From assembly GCF_028641065.1 (NCBI RefSeq), contig NC_073383.1:33790001-33854000 (forward strand): a DNA stretch of 64,000 nt, read 5' to 3'. The stretch is from Leucoraja erinacea (Eukaryota). A program made the translations under genes and the position numbers. This document shows, piece after piece, positions 1 to 12,149 of this stretch; within the stretch, counting starts at the first letter, position 1; every line of letters starts with the position of its first letter. The notes below the pieces were generated by a model, which saw nothing but the letters and a program-made list of their open reading frames with translations, made no database searches and had not been told where the DNA came from.

Positions 1-80
1 ACTAGTGTACGGGTAGTTGCTGGTCAGTGCAGATTTAGTGGGCCAAAGGACCCGTTTCCACGCTGTATCTCTAAACTAAA
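1..80 (+). mobile_element. 3' tail of an HE1-like V-SINE
   Basis: gggccaaaggacccgtttccacgctgtatctctaaactaaa tail shared with other SINE copies in the window. Confidence 0.6.
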
Positions 81-111
81 CACATTGTAGAAGGGATGGA
101 ATAGAACCAGT

Positions 112-235
112 ATAGATAAGAGCAGAATTAGGCCATTCGGCCCATCAAATCTACTCTGCCATTAAATCATGGCTGATCTATCTCTCCCTCTTAACCCCAT
201 TCTCATGCTTTCTCTCCGTAACCCCTGACACCCGT
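112..235 (-). mobile_element. CR1 LINE 3' end fragment
   Basis: Reverse complement of the CR1 3' UTR seen at about 7520-7640. Confidence 0.65.
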
Positions 236-589
236 GTAAGATGGCGTGCAAGATGGAACTTAACAGGATTGAAAAAAGATTACAAAAAGTTATGAGTAAG
301 TGTTTTTGTTGAAAGAAGGGAGATTTAATTGAAGCAATAACATTTTGATGAATTTAGACAACAAGGTATCAGTAATTTAGTAAACTATTCACTATTTCTG
401 GACTAGAAACATGGTGTAATAATTTGGGGATACAAGTTTAAATTCCACAAAGGCATTTGAAAAATCTAATTGAAAATATATTTAGAATTAAAAAACAGCT
501 CAATGTCTTTAATGTTGACCTGGTTATTATTGGTTATAGACATATCTCTCTCACTCTTCTATAGACAGACAGTGACAAAGATGACAAAC

Positions 590-812
590 CTGAGTTTCTG
601 GAGGTTTTGCTGCAGTTCATGTCGAGTCTGTAACGCAGCTTCCAGTTCAATTGTGACTTCAGACAGGTCCGACTTCAGGTCTGACACTGTAGTTTGCTCA
701 GTTTGCAAGTGTTGGCGAAGTTCAGCTGATCTGTCCTGCTCTGCTCTTAGGGAATTCTGCAGATCATTTGCTATAATCTGTTCTTGCTGAAGTTTGTATT
801 CCAGCAACTCTA
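590..812 (-). CDS. PCNT: PCNT exon (VELLEYKLQQEQ...LQKLR), 223 nt, phase 1/2
   Basis: Acceptor tctctgtag; donor CAG|gtttgt. Confidence 0.88.
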
Positions 813-1308
813 CTACAGAGAACAGAACAAGCATACTCAGAAAATAGTTTTTCATGTGAAGTTTGTGCATAATTTTGAGACCTTCATACTAAATCTAATT
901 ATCACTTCTGCATCACATTTGCAATTGAGTTTTCTAGACAGTGGGGATTCTCCACAATTTTCCACAAATCCTGTTCGTGGACCATCAAGTCCTTGAATTT
1001 GCAGGTCAGTAATTGTGAAAACTTGGGTTGTCAGGATCCATCCTACAGCTGCAGATTATAACCCCAAATTGACAGAAAATGTGCTATCATAACCTAACCT
1101 AAAGTCTGTTATACTTTGATTTGTCAAATTACACAAAACAAACTCATGTATGTTCAGATTTTTTTTTAACTTTCATTCAAATACTGAAACTGCAAAAAGA
1201 TATGGAGGTGTTCCTTAGTTAGTCCGGGAACAAATCCACACCGCCATACCTTGACTATGTAGGTTCACACAACCGACAATAAAGAGAATCCAGCTGAAAC
1301 ACAGCAGA

Positions 1309-1494
1309 AGATAGACACAAAAAGCTGGAGTAACTCAGCGGGACTGGCAGCATCTCTGGAGAGAAGGAATAGGGAAGAAGGGTCTCGACCCGAAACATCA
1401 CCCATTCCTTCTCTCCATAGATGCTGCTTGTCCCGCTGAGTTACTCCAGCTTTTTGTTTCTAACTTTGGTTTAAACCAGCATCTGCATTTCCTA
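1309..1494. mobile_element. Penelope-derived palindromic element with a decayed hammerhead core
   Basis: ~60-bp inverted arms 1313-1373 and 1401-1461; central GAAGAAGGGTCTCGACCCGAAAC; 12-bp flanking repeat aaacacagcaga at 1297 and 1495. Confidence 0.7.
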
Positions 1495-1997
1495 AAACAC
1501 AGCAGATCTTGTCTTGGAAATAAACCCAGCAATAATAGCAGCAGTGTGAGGGCCGTGCCTCACAAGGGGCGGGTGACACTTCACTCACAACACAGCAGCT
1601 GGAGTGAAGCCTTGTCAACACTTTCACACATTAAGAATGAAATTCTAGTCACATGACAGAATTGCGCATTTTAAAATAGTTAAGGCTTCCTTTCACAGGA
1701 ATAAATTTCTGCAGTCTCAATTTAAGAAATGAATGTGGGCCTCTATTATCCTCTATTTTCACAAACAGATAACAACTAAGATGTGCATCTACAAAGAAAA
1801 TGAGAAATACATGGTTTTGTTATGTTGTTGCACTTTATTCTACATTTAACCTGCTATATCTGACAATGACAATGTTCTGTTTCTATCTAATTACATATCT
1901 CAACATGATAATATTCACCAAAAAAACGGAAATGTAAAATTCAATAGGCAAGGGAAGAAAACAATGCACCTGTCTGATAAAATGGCACTTAACCCAG

Positions 1998-2065
1998 TAA
2001 TTTTCGCTTGTCTTGCAGAAAGTAATATATTTAATCCTTAATTTCTGCAAGACAAGTGAAAATTA
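1998..2065. repeat. AT-rich hairpin with 28-bp arms (26/28 match)
   Basis: taattttcgcttgtcttgcagaaagtaa / ttaatttctgcaagacaagtgaaaatta. Confidence 0.75.
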
Positions 2066-2312
2066 AAATTAAAAGCGCCAGTTAAATTATCACTGTGACC
2101 AATTATGTAAAGTAGGGAGGAAGTAAAAGAGAGTTGATGCATGTGGTTTTAGCTACTCAGTTTAAGAACAAGGAAATAAAAGCAGTACTGGACCAGTACG
2201 TTTCTATTTTCCATACACTCTGAAGAGCTAATAAATATGATTCTTTACTCGACTGCTGGCCATAAAAGATTGAGTAACTTTAGTTTCTCGAATGTCAAAC
2301 CACATGTAATAC

Positions 2313-2508
2313 CTTGCCTACGAAGTGGCCTCTCCTGCTTCTTGGCCTGCTCCTCTGCACTGGTGAGTGTATCCTGCAGCTGCTGTAGTTTCTCCTGGTG
2401 CTGAAGGTGTGCAACACGGAGCTGTGAACGGAGGTCCTGCACCTCTGACAACAAGCTGCTTCTATCCACCGATAAAAGGTCTTCCAGGGCAGATTGTTGC
2501 TGCTTTTC
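2313..2508 (-). CDS. PCNT: PCNT exon (EKQQQSALEDLLSVDRSSLLSEVQ...LRRQ), 196 nt, phase 0/1
   Basis: Acceptor tatgtgtag; donor AAG|gtatta. Confidence 0.9.
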
Positions 2509-2849
2509 CTACACATAGAGCGTTAAAGGACACAAAGATGGATACGAGTTAATTGCATTCATTGAATGCGAACGATCCTTCGCATACTCATTAAGAAAAT
2601 AGCTATCATGTTCCTACAGTTGGCATGACATGCAAGATTTTTGTATGCTTGCACATCCCTGGAAAATGCCCATCTTCATAGATACTCAACATCGATGCAT
2701 CCTTCTCAATATGCCTTCACAAAACAAATAGTCAAGAATGTTTTATTGTCATATATCCTGGATGGGACAATGAAATTCTTCTTTGTATGTATACCACTGC
2801 CACTGTATGTATCAGCTCATGCATTAAGAAATATTGTGTTCTGTTTTGA

Positions 2850-4970
2850 TCACTCTGCTATGAGGATGTTGAAAAGAGTGCAGAAAATTTACAAGGATGT
2901 TGCCAGGACCTGAGGCCCTGAGCTAGAGCAAGAGGTTGGGCAGGCTGAGACTTTATTCCCTGGAGCGCAGGAGGCTGAGGGGTGATCTTACAGAGGTGTA
3001 TAAGATCATACGGGGAATAGATAAGGTGAATCCACTGGGTCTTTTACCCAGAGTAAGCGAATCAAGAACTGCTGCATGACATTCTCAAGGGGGAAGGAGA
3101 GCAGCCAAAGGTTGTGTGCATATTGGTACAAATGACATGGAATGAGGGAGTTTGGCAAAAGGTTAAAAAGCAGGAACAGGGCAGTGATCTTCGGATTAAA
3201 CCCAGTGCCATGTGCTAGTAAAGATAGGAACAGGAAGATAGGATAGATGAATCCCAGGCTGTGGAGTTGATGCAGAGGACAGCAATTCAGATGTTTGGAC
3301 CATTGGGACCCCTTTTGGAGTAGATGTGATCCCTACAAGAGGGACAAGCTTGCATCTGAACTGGAGGAGAACAAATATCATGGCAGGCAGGTTGCCAGTG
3401 CTACTTGGGTAGGTTTAAACTAGATTGTCTGGGGAGGTGGAGGGGGGGGGGGGGAATCCAATGTAGGACTGAGGCAGGTGAGAGGCGAGAGGCTAGTAGT
3501 AGTTGGTATGAAAGGAGATGAGATAAACCAGTGGACAGGATAGGCAGGTGCATGGCAGAGAGGGAGGAAGGATTGTTGGACTGGATTGCATTTATTTTAA
3601 TGCAAGAGGCCTGCCAGGTAAGGTGGATGGATGAACACAGGGCGTGGATTTGTACCTGCAACTGGGACGATGTAGCTATTACAAAAACCTGGATAAGTGA
3701 GGGACAGGACTGGCAGCTTAAGGTTCCAGGATACTGGTGTTACAGAGGAGATAGAGGTGGGGGGGGAAGGGGGTTGCGTTGCTTTATATACTATGCTTTA
3801 TATACTATGTACAGCAGTAGTCCGAGATGACATTACTAATAGTACCTCCAATGAGGCTATATGGGTGGAGGTGAGAAATAAAAAGAGCATCAAACCATGT
3901 CGGGAGTGTACTATAGTCAATGGTCACCATTAGTCAATGAGAATTAGAAAAACAAAGATGGCAGGAAATTGTAGGCAGCTGCAAGACTTAAAAGGTTATC
4001 AAGGTAAGGGATTTTAATGTTCTCAAAATATACCGTGACTGCCAAGGTGTCAAGAACTTAGAAAGGGTGAAATTGATCAAATGTTTTCAGGAAAGTGGCC
4101 TCATGCAATATGTGGAGAACCCTACAAGGGAGAGGGCAAAGCTTAATTTCCTCTAAGGAAATTGGAAAGGTCAAGTGACTGAAGTGTCCATGGCAGAGCC
4201 TTTAGGGACTTGTGACCGCTGGTTCTATTTGCTTTAAAATAGTTATGGATAAAGGTGCAGTGGGCTCACAAGTTAAAATTCTAAATTGGGGCAAGGCCAA
4301 CATTGATGGTATTAGACAGAAACTCGTTCACGTTCGTGGGGGTAGGTTGTTTGCAGGCAAAGGAATGTGTGGAAAGTGACATGCATTTAAAATTGTGATG
4401 ACAAGTGTTCAGGGCATGCATGTTCTGGTTAGAGGGAAGGGCAATACAGGTGGGAATAAGGAAACAATTGAGGCTTTGCTCTGGAAAACGGCGGCATGAG
4501 ACAGGTATAGGCGGCAGGGATCAAGTGTATCGCTGGCGGAGTTTTGGGAATGAAGGAGCATACTTAAGAAGGAAATCTGGAGGGCAAAAAGGGGGCAGGA
4601 GATGACTCTGGTAGATAATATTAAGTAATATCCTAAGAGATTTTACGTACATTAAGTGAGGATAACTAGAAGAAAAAATGGCTCTTCAGAAACCAAAGCT
4701 GTCATCTTTGTGTCGAGCCACACAGATGGCAAGGTCCTCAATGAGTATTTCACCTCTGTTTGAACCGTAGAGCAAGACATGAAGACTGAGGAACTTGGGA
4801 CAGCTAATAGAGATGTCTCGAGGACTGTCTGTAAAACAGTCAAGGAGGTGCTGGATGTCCTAAGGTGTATGAAGGTAGATAAATCTCCTGGGCCTGATCA
4901 GATATGTCCAAGAACACAGTGGGAAGAGAATCATCATTCGACGTGAATGAGGTGCCGGAAGACTGGAGGC
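2850..4970 (+). mobile_element. Decayed CR1 LINE fragments (3' ORF2 piece, then ORF1 esterase and ORF2 endonuclease region)
   Basis: Remnants HIGTND, WDDVAITKTW, KSPGPD; frameshifts and stops. Confidence 0.8.
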
Positions 4971-5624
4971 CCATTAACTTGTAGTTTGCTACCTATCAAA
5001 AGTTATGAAATGGTTTTATGCTATCTGTTTGATCCTCACCTCATTGGATTCTGCATCATCCAGGTCAGTGTGTAACAGGTTGGGAGGGCTTCATTACTAT
5101 AGGAAACTTTGACTTTTGAACCTTTCCATTGTTGTTCTACCCACTCTTCCACAATGTCCTTTTTATGATTTTTCATTGTACTCATCTCTCATTTTTCCTA
5201 CTGTACCCTAGTTTCTTTTACGATTTATGATCAACAGGATGCAATAAAAGCCCACACATGTTCTGTGACATCATAATGACAAAGTGACAGGATAGGACTG
5301 CTTCAACTTTCTGCCTCAACTGGGCTTCATTTTTGAAAGTGACTGAAATGTTTAAAAACCTTGGAAGGATTAATTTAATCTGTCGCTACTTTAGACATTG
5401 CCGTTTATCATATCTTAATTATCAGCCATTATTAAAGCTAATTGAAGATGAAACCATATCCAAGGAAGTGAGTGAATTTATTTGAATAGAAATTCCCAAT
5501 TTTCAATGAATCTATGATTAAAGAAGCAGAAAACCTGGACGAATACCCTTATGTTTCCAAGCCTCTTTCATGTTAAAATCAATGTAGTTCATTAATAGTT
5601 CCAGGTGTATTTCTGTGCTGAACT

Positions 5625-5672
5625 ACCCCCCCCCCCCCCCCCCCCCACCCCCCCCCCCCCCCCCCCCCCCCC
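5625..5672. repeat. Poly-C tract
   Basis: About 47 C with one A. Confidence 0.9.
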
Positions 5673-5984
5673 TCAACCAGGTTCCTAAATATTATGAGCT
5701 GTATTAGCAGTGGATTTATAGAGAAGGACTGCCTCAATTTACTGCAATGAACAGCAGTCTCAATCGTTTTACTTTACAGGTGTCCAGTCTTGGGCAGTGG
5801 CAACCAATCACTCGTTATCGCAGATTACAGTATATACAAGGAACTGAAAAACTATTGTTCAACAGCCATCTTAGACTTCATTACGGTGAATTGTATATAA
5901 AGCAGGACAGTTAGAATTACTTTAAGTTTCAGCATCATTTCAATTTTCAATCCATTGGCTGAACTGAAGTCATGTGTTAACGCT

Positions 5985-6340
5985 TGACACACGGGGAGAA
6001 GCAGGGCGGCTGAGGGTGGGGGCGTGGGTAGAGTGCGTGGAGACGGGGGTGCGCGGGGAGACGCACCGGGCGCCGAGAGAGAGTGTGGGTGTGCAGAAAG
6101 GCAGGGCGAATGGGGAGACATGGGGGTGATCGGGGAGGAATGGGGAGACGTGGGGGGGGGGGGGGTGCACGGGGAGGCAAACAGGGAGAAGTGGGGAGGG
6201 GGGGCAAACAGGGAGACGGGGGAAGGTAGGTAGGGGGAACAGGGGGACGGGGAGAACAGGGAGACGGGGAGAACAGGGAGACGGGGGGGGAACAGGGAGA
6301 TGGCGGGGGCGGCCTAGGAGAATTTGAGGGGGACGGAGAG
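5985..6340 (+). repeat. G-rich minisatellite-like tract (ggggagaacagggagacg-type units)
   Basis: Repeated GGGGAGA/ACAGGGAGACG units. Confidence 0.7.
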
Positions 6341-6363
6341 CTCTAATATGACTTCTTAATCAC

Positions 6364-6534
6364 CTGCTCTTTCAGTAATTGCAGAAGCTGTTGAGGCAAA
6401 GAGCAGTCCTCTCCAGTGGGCGGGTTCTGTACATACGATCGTAATTCAGCCAATAACGTTCTTTGCTCTTGATTGAGGACAGCCTGCACAGACAGAAGTA
6501 ACTCCTTTCGCCAATCAATTCTACTTGCAGAATC
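6364..6534 (-). CDS. PCNT: PCNT exon (DSASRIDWRKELLLSVQ...LLKEQ), 171 nt, phase 0/0
   Basis: Acceptor cattgacag; donor CAG|gtgatt; DWR-x-ELL motif; translated by hand. Confidence 0.86.
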
Positions 6535-6712
6535 CTGTCAATGATAAAATGGATGGAAAAAGTAGTCAAGGCTTTTGAAAAGTAGATAATGAATGTAACC
6601 ACCGTTTGATGGTTTGAATAAAGGTTACAATAATGATTTAAAAACAGAAAATCACGATTATATCCAACACATCAGGGAGTATCAATGGAAAGAAACAATG
6701 ATCATTTATTTT

Positions 6713-6770
6713 AGTCTGAAGAAGCGTCTTGCCCTGAAATGTCACCTATTCCCCTTCACCAGAGATGCCA
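6713..6770 (+). mobile_element. Penelope 3' remnant with a degenerate hammerhead core
   Basis: CTGAAGAagcgtcttgccctGAAATGTC followed by sequence like the arm of the 1309 element. Confidence 0.55.
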
Positions 6771-6894
6771 CTGAGCAAGAGAAATTTACAAGATGGGAAG
6801 CAATGAACTCATGCAATGTTTTTGAACCTATCTTTTATTGAAATACATGCCTTCTGATGAAGTTTAGAAAGTAAATTAAATGTAACAGTAATGG

Positions 6895-7645
6895 TAGGTT
6901 AACCTATGATGAGTGCTTGTCGGCACTGGCCCTGTACACACTGGAGTTTAGAAGAATGAGGGGGGACCTCATTGAAACATACAGAATAGTGAAAGGCTTG
7001 GATTAAATGGATGTGGAGAGGATGCTTCCACTAGTGGGAGATGTCATAGCTTCATAATTAAAGGACATTCTTTTAGGAAGGAGATAAAAACATAGAAAAT
7101 AGGTGCAGGAGTAGGCCATTCGGCCCTTCGAGCCTGCACCGCCATTCAATATGATCATGGCTGATTATCCAACTCAGTATCCCGTACCTGCCTTCTCTCC
7201 ATACCCCCTGATCCCTTTAGCCACAAGGGCCACATCTAACTCCCTCTTAAATATAGCCAATGAACTAGCCTCAACTACCTTCTGCGGGAGAGAATTCCAG
7301 AGATTCACCACTCTCCGTGTGAAAAAAGTTTTCCTCATCTCGGTCCTAAAAGATTTCCCCCTTATCCTTAAACTGTGACCCCTTGTTCTGGAGATGAAGA
7401 GAAATGTATATCGTCAGAGGGTGGTGAATCTGTGGCATTCTTCGTTGCAGAAGGTTATGGAGACCAAGTCAGTGGATATTTTTAAGGCAGAGATAGAAAG
7501 ATTCTTGATTAGTACAGGTGTCAGAGGTTGTGGGGAGAAGGCAGGCGAATGGAGTTTGAAGGTCGAGATAGATCATCCATGATTGAAAGGTGGAGTAGAC
7601 TTGATGGGCCGAACGGCCTAATTCTACTCCTATCACTTATGACGT
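6895..7645 (+). mobile_element. CR1 3' fragment interrupted by a younger antisense CR1
   Basis: QRVVNLW motif and CR1 3' UTR; host resumes after the insert. Confidence 0.8.
7086..7389 (-). mobile_element. Young CR1 3' end nested in CR1
   Basis: Near-identical reverse complement of 54800-55097; flanked by ggagat at 7080 and 7390. Confidence 0.85.
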
Positions 7646-8234
7646 GACAAATTCACATTAGAGAAAAGTTATATTTTAAGCGAGGTCAATCCAGCACAAG
7701 ATCCAATAAAGAACACTGATGTGCCAAAGACTGCTCTCTTCTATCTGTTCAAACTTAATTGTGGTAAGCTGCGAAAGTTTATCACACTATTTCTGGTGAT
7801 CTGCCACTAACATCACAGTCATTACAAAAGTTATCAGGCTGATGACAAAAACTAATGAACTAATACTAATACTACTATTATTACATATCTCTAACTTACT
7901 TGGTTTATAATAGTTAACTGATTATTGAATAGCCTTGAGGAAATTAAAATGGCAACATTCAAACACAGAAATGACAGACAATTGCATCAAAGAAAAGAAA
8001 GCTCCTGCAATGGACCATGCAAAATTGTTGAACACAAATCAAGCATTTTTAACTTTTAAAAGTGGCATCTTTCTCTGAATAAAGTCCTCTGCTTGAAAAG
8101 ATGATACCAGTTAACTTCACCATATTTCAGTTGTGGTGTGTTTTCTAAGTGATGGGAGAAAGGGCAAAGTATTCCCATGCCTTGGACCAAGTTGGACTTT
8201 GGTACAATTTGTCACAATAGCTGGATAGACTTAC

Positions 8235-8432
8235 CTCATCAAACTTGTTCAGTGCCTTAGAAAGCAAGTCTTTCAATAGCTGAATTGTGTCAAGCAGTCC
8301 CACTTTCTCTTGTTGCCATTCATCCACTGTATTACTGGAACCAGACACACGCTTAGATCCACGGCAGTGGGAAGGCCTTTCTGTTAGTGCGAGCACATGA
8401 CACCCTTCCTCATGTACTTGGTTTAGCAATGC
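8235..8432 (-). CDS. PCNT: PCNT exon (ALLNQVHEEGCHVLALTE...KFDE), 198 nt, phase 0/0
   Basis: Acceptor cttccccaacag; donor GAG|gtaagt. Confidence 0.87.
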
Positions 8433-8789
8433 CTGTTGGGGAAGAAGTTGCGCAGACTTCAATCTCAACAATAGAAAGAATGTTGGAAGCAGCTTAAATT
8501 AACCATTTAACATCAGATCCTAAAATTAAATGGTATGATTGGAAAGAAGTGTAGAGATTAGTTTAGTGATAACCCTCCACAAGGTAGTCGCAACATATTT
8601 TTTACTTGGTATCACCCTCATTGGAGATAATCCAATATTAGCATTTCTAATTGAATTTTGTTTGGACAAGAAAAGTAAAAATGTTTGGCATAAAATCAGC
8701 AAGTTGTATTAAGCACACATTGTTTCAGCAGATTACTGACCATTTACCTGGAGGATCAATGCAACTGAAAGTCTAATACCAGTATGACC

Positions 8790-9800
8790 ACAATTTATCC
8801 ATGTCTATTCCATTTACCTGCATTATGTCTGGATCCTCCTATGCTTTGCCATGGAGGGGGGGGGGGGGGGGGGGTACAGGGTACAGGGAGACGAGGGATG
8901 GAACATCTGATTCCATCACCTCCTCTGGCAGTGTGTTCCAGATACCAACCACTCTCTGTGTAAACATCAACTTTTCCCTCGGATCCCATTTGAAACTCCT
9001 TTCTCTTACATCTTTCATCTTACATCTATGCCCACTTGGTTTTGATACTCTCACCATGGGAAACATATTTAGACTTATTTTTGCCTTTCAAAATCTTGTA
9101 TCCTTTTATTAGGTTAGCTTTCAACCTTATTCACTCCTTGGAAAATAAGACCAGCCTATTTGATCTCTCCCCATAACTAAAGGTCACCAATCCAGGCAAC
9201 ATCCCAATGAATTTCCACTGCATTAACTCGAGTGCAATCACATTTTCCCTGGTGAGCTGACTAGAACTACTCCCAATAAGTGTGGTGTAGCCAATGTATT
9301 TTGAAGTTGCAGCAGAACTCTTATAAGACACACCCTAACTTTTGAAGGCAGCATGCCATATGTCTTCTTCATCACACTATAGACCTGTATTTCAGGGAAC
9401 AATGGATTTGAATCCCTGGGCCTTGCTCGTTATCAACATTCCTCAGTCCCACAATCAACTGTATATGTTCCATCCCTATTCCCAAACAGCAGCACTTTGC
9501 ACATGACAGGATTACATTTAATCTGCCAATGCTCTACCCAACTTTCGCATGGATCTATATCTTGCTGTAGTTTTAAACAACCTTCCTCATTATCCACACA
9601 CCACCAATTTTTGATGTAATTCACTAACATTAATCTTGCCTTCTCCATTGATAATATATAACAAACATCAGTCCCAGCATCAATTGCCTTAGTACACCAC
9701 TAGTCAAAGACTTCCAATTAGAAAACATTTGTCCACCAATAGCGTAGAAAAATAGTCCCACAACAATGTTAGTAATGCACTTCAAAAGGCCCGATGACAT
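8790..9800 (-). mobile_element. Decayed CR1 RT/3' region
   Basis: FTQRVVGIWNTLP, LQQDID and TSGV remnants in minus-strand ORFs. Confidence 0.75.
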
Positions 9801-10939
9801 GGCAGCCAAATGCAACCTGGAATTTATGACAAAACCTAGGGCACTGATAAGTGGTGATGAATGCAAACCAACCTTTTATTATGGCAGGCTGTTGAAAAAG
9901 ATTTAAATCAAATAGCATAGAAACAGGCCCTTTGGCCCAACTCGCTCATGCCAACCAAGATGCCCAATCTAACTTATCCCACCTGCCTGTGCTTGGCCCA
10001 TATCCCCCTAAACCTTTCCTATCCATGTACTAGTCAAGATGTCTTGTGCTTCTTGTGACACGATGCTTCACAAACAAAAGCCAAGAAATTATCATAAACC
10101 AGATCTCCAGCTAGGCTCCAGCTGTAACATTGGTTCTAGGATTGGCAAGTCCATTTCAAGAATGATAAAAAACGATGTGAAGTTGAAATGATTTCCAATG
10201 AAGGATTAACAAATGAGGGACTTCAGTTACCAATGAAATGAGAAGGAAAAAAATGATAAAATAAGAAATCTTAAAAAGTGGAAAATAGGTCAGCAAATAG
10301 AGGGCGAAATTAGGCAAAAGCCCCTGAAGAGAGATTGGAAGATTTTTTATTTATCTACCCATAGAACTGGCCAGGGTCCCAGTTCCAGTTCTCCCTTTAA
10401 ACTTGCTTGCTCTTTTGAAACTTATCTGGTTATATTTCTTGCATTCGCTTGAAATTTATTGGGCTTACAAAACTGTTATTGTATTATGTTCATAAGATTG
10501 TATAAATGCTTCTCAAATGTTATTGTACGTTTGTTTCTTTCTGCAGCAGAGGAAATGGAGGGAAGACCTGGTAGAGGCGTATTAAATGATAAAGAGGCAA
10601 AGATAGTGGATAGTGAAGAACTTTGTTCCCTCATAGCAGAGGAATCTGATACAAAAGGTCATGGGTCTAAGGTGAAGATCAAGAGGTCTATGGAGGATCT
10701 CAAGAAAAATATATTGTTAGAAGTGGTAGTAGTTGGAATGCACTGCGTAAAAATGGATGGAGTATTGATAAAGTTACATCTGGTAGTCTCGAAAATCTGC
10801 TATCCTGGCACCAAAGCCACATGTGTGCCAGATAAAGTATTTTCAAGCTCCACATCCTTCTGCACTTTGAATATAATATGGAAATTATATAAGGATTACT
10901 TTCAATTTAAATTCAATTTAAGCAGTATCTATCTTTAAG

Positions 10940-11650
10940 GAGATCATATAGATGCTTCTCGATGTCTCTCTGGTTCTACCATCACCCCAAACAGTGCATT
11001 CCAGAATGTAACTACCTCTAAAGGGTCTGTCTCACTTGGCGATTTTTTCGGCGACTGCCGGCGTCATATCAGTGTCACCAAAAGATTTTGAACATTTCAA
11101 AATCCAGCGGCGACAAAAAAATGTTGCGACACTTGAAAAAATACGGCACATCATACGTCATCACACCGCGTCACGCCGCAAATTTTTCAGTGACCTGATA
11201 TGTCAGTCAATGATGCCGGCCGTCGCCGAAAAAATTGCCAAGTGGGACAGGCCCTTAACTGAATATATTTTTCTTGGAATTCCCTCTAAACCTTTTAATC
11301 TTCACCTTAAGCCTTTGCCCTTTAATATCAGATACCTCTGCTATGAGGCTAAAAAGTTCCTCACAATCCACTCTATCTTTGCCTCTTGTAATTTTGTACC
11401 CCTCCACCAAGTCTCCCCTCATTTACATCTGCTGCAAAAATAAACAGAGTGCAGGCAACATCCTGGTGAACCTGCACCAGTGCAACCATGCCTTTCTAAC
11501 AGCGTGGTGGCTAAAACGGAACTTAATCCCCCAACCATGGCCTAACTAAAGTTTTATAAAGTTGTATCATGATTGCCCTGCACTTATATTCTATGCCCCA
11601 ATTAATGGCCAGCCATCCTCTGTCTGCTATAAAGTCAACTAGCCAATTTG
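10940..11650 (-). mobile_element. Decayed CR1 3' fragment hosting a MITE
   Basis: Similarity to other antisense CR1 3' regions on both sides of the MITE. Confidence 0.55.
11022..11255. mobile_element. MITE of PIF/Harbinger type, 234 bp
   Basis: ~46-bp TIRs AGGGTCTGTCTCACTTGGCGATTTTTTCGGCGAC / GTCGCCGAAAAAATTGCCAAGTGGGACAGGCCCT; TAA TSD at 11019 and 11256. Confidence 0.85.
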
Positions 11651-11790
11651 CCTTGTATCCCAAGGGCTCAAAAATGTTAGAGCTGCCTTCCATGCAAGAT
11701 TTTCACAATGGCAATATTGAAGTCCACGCAAACTGCTTAGCAGTCCCTCACTGTCCCTATCAAAATTATGAAGTAAAGTTAAAAGCTTAC

Positions 11791-11963
11791 CTGTAGCTGT
11801 GGAGAAGGCACTTCGTCAGCAGACAAGTTATGCGTTGTTGCATGACTACCCACATCTATTAATGCAATTCCACGACTCTGCAGATATTCCACAAAACTAT
11901 TGTCCAGACGTTCTGTGGTATCAAGCTCCTGATTTAGTTTTGCTCCAAGATCCAAACTTGTAC
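11791..11963 (-). CDS. PCNT: PCNT exon (TSLDLGAKLNQELDTTERLDNSFVEYL...PQLQ), 173 nt, phase 1/0
   Basis: Acceptor ccttccacag; donor CAG|gtaagc. Confidence 0.84.
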
Positions 11964-12149
11964 CTGTGGAAGGAAAATTAATCAATATCTTTTCCAAGCC
12001 ATTCTTCCATTAACAGTCAAACCTTTATCAATTTCTTCATGCACCCAAGTTTGTGAAAGGATGTTTTACTATTAAAAAGAGATAGATTGACTGCATACTA
12101 AGAGCATACTACCACACTAAAAGCTAAAACTGCCACCATCATGATGCAT

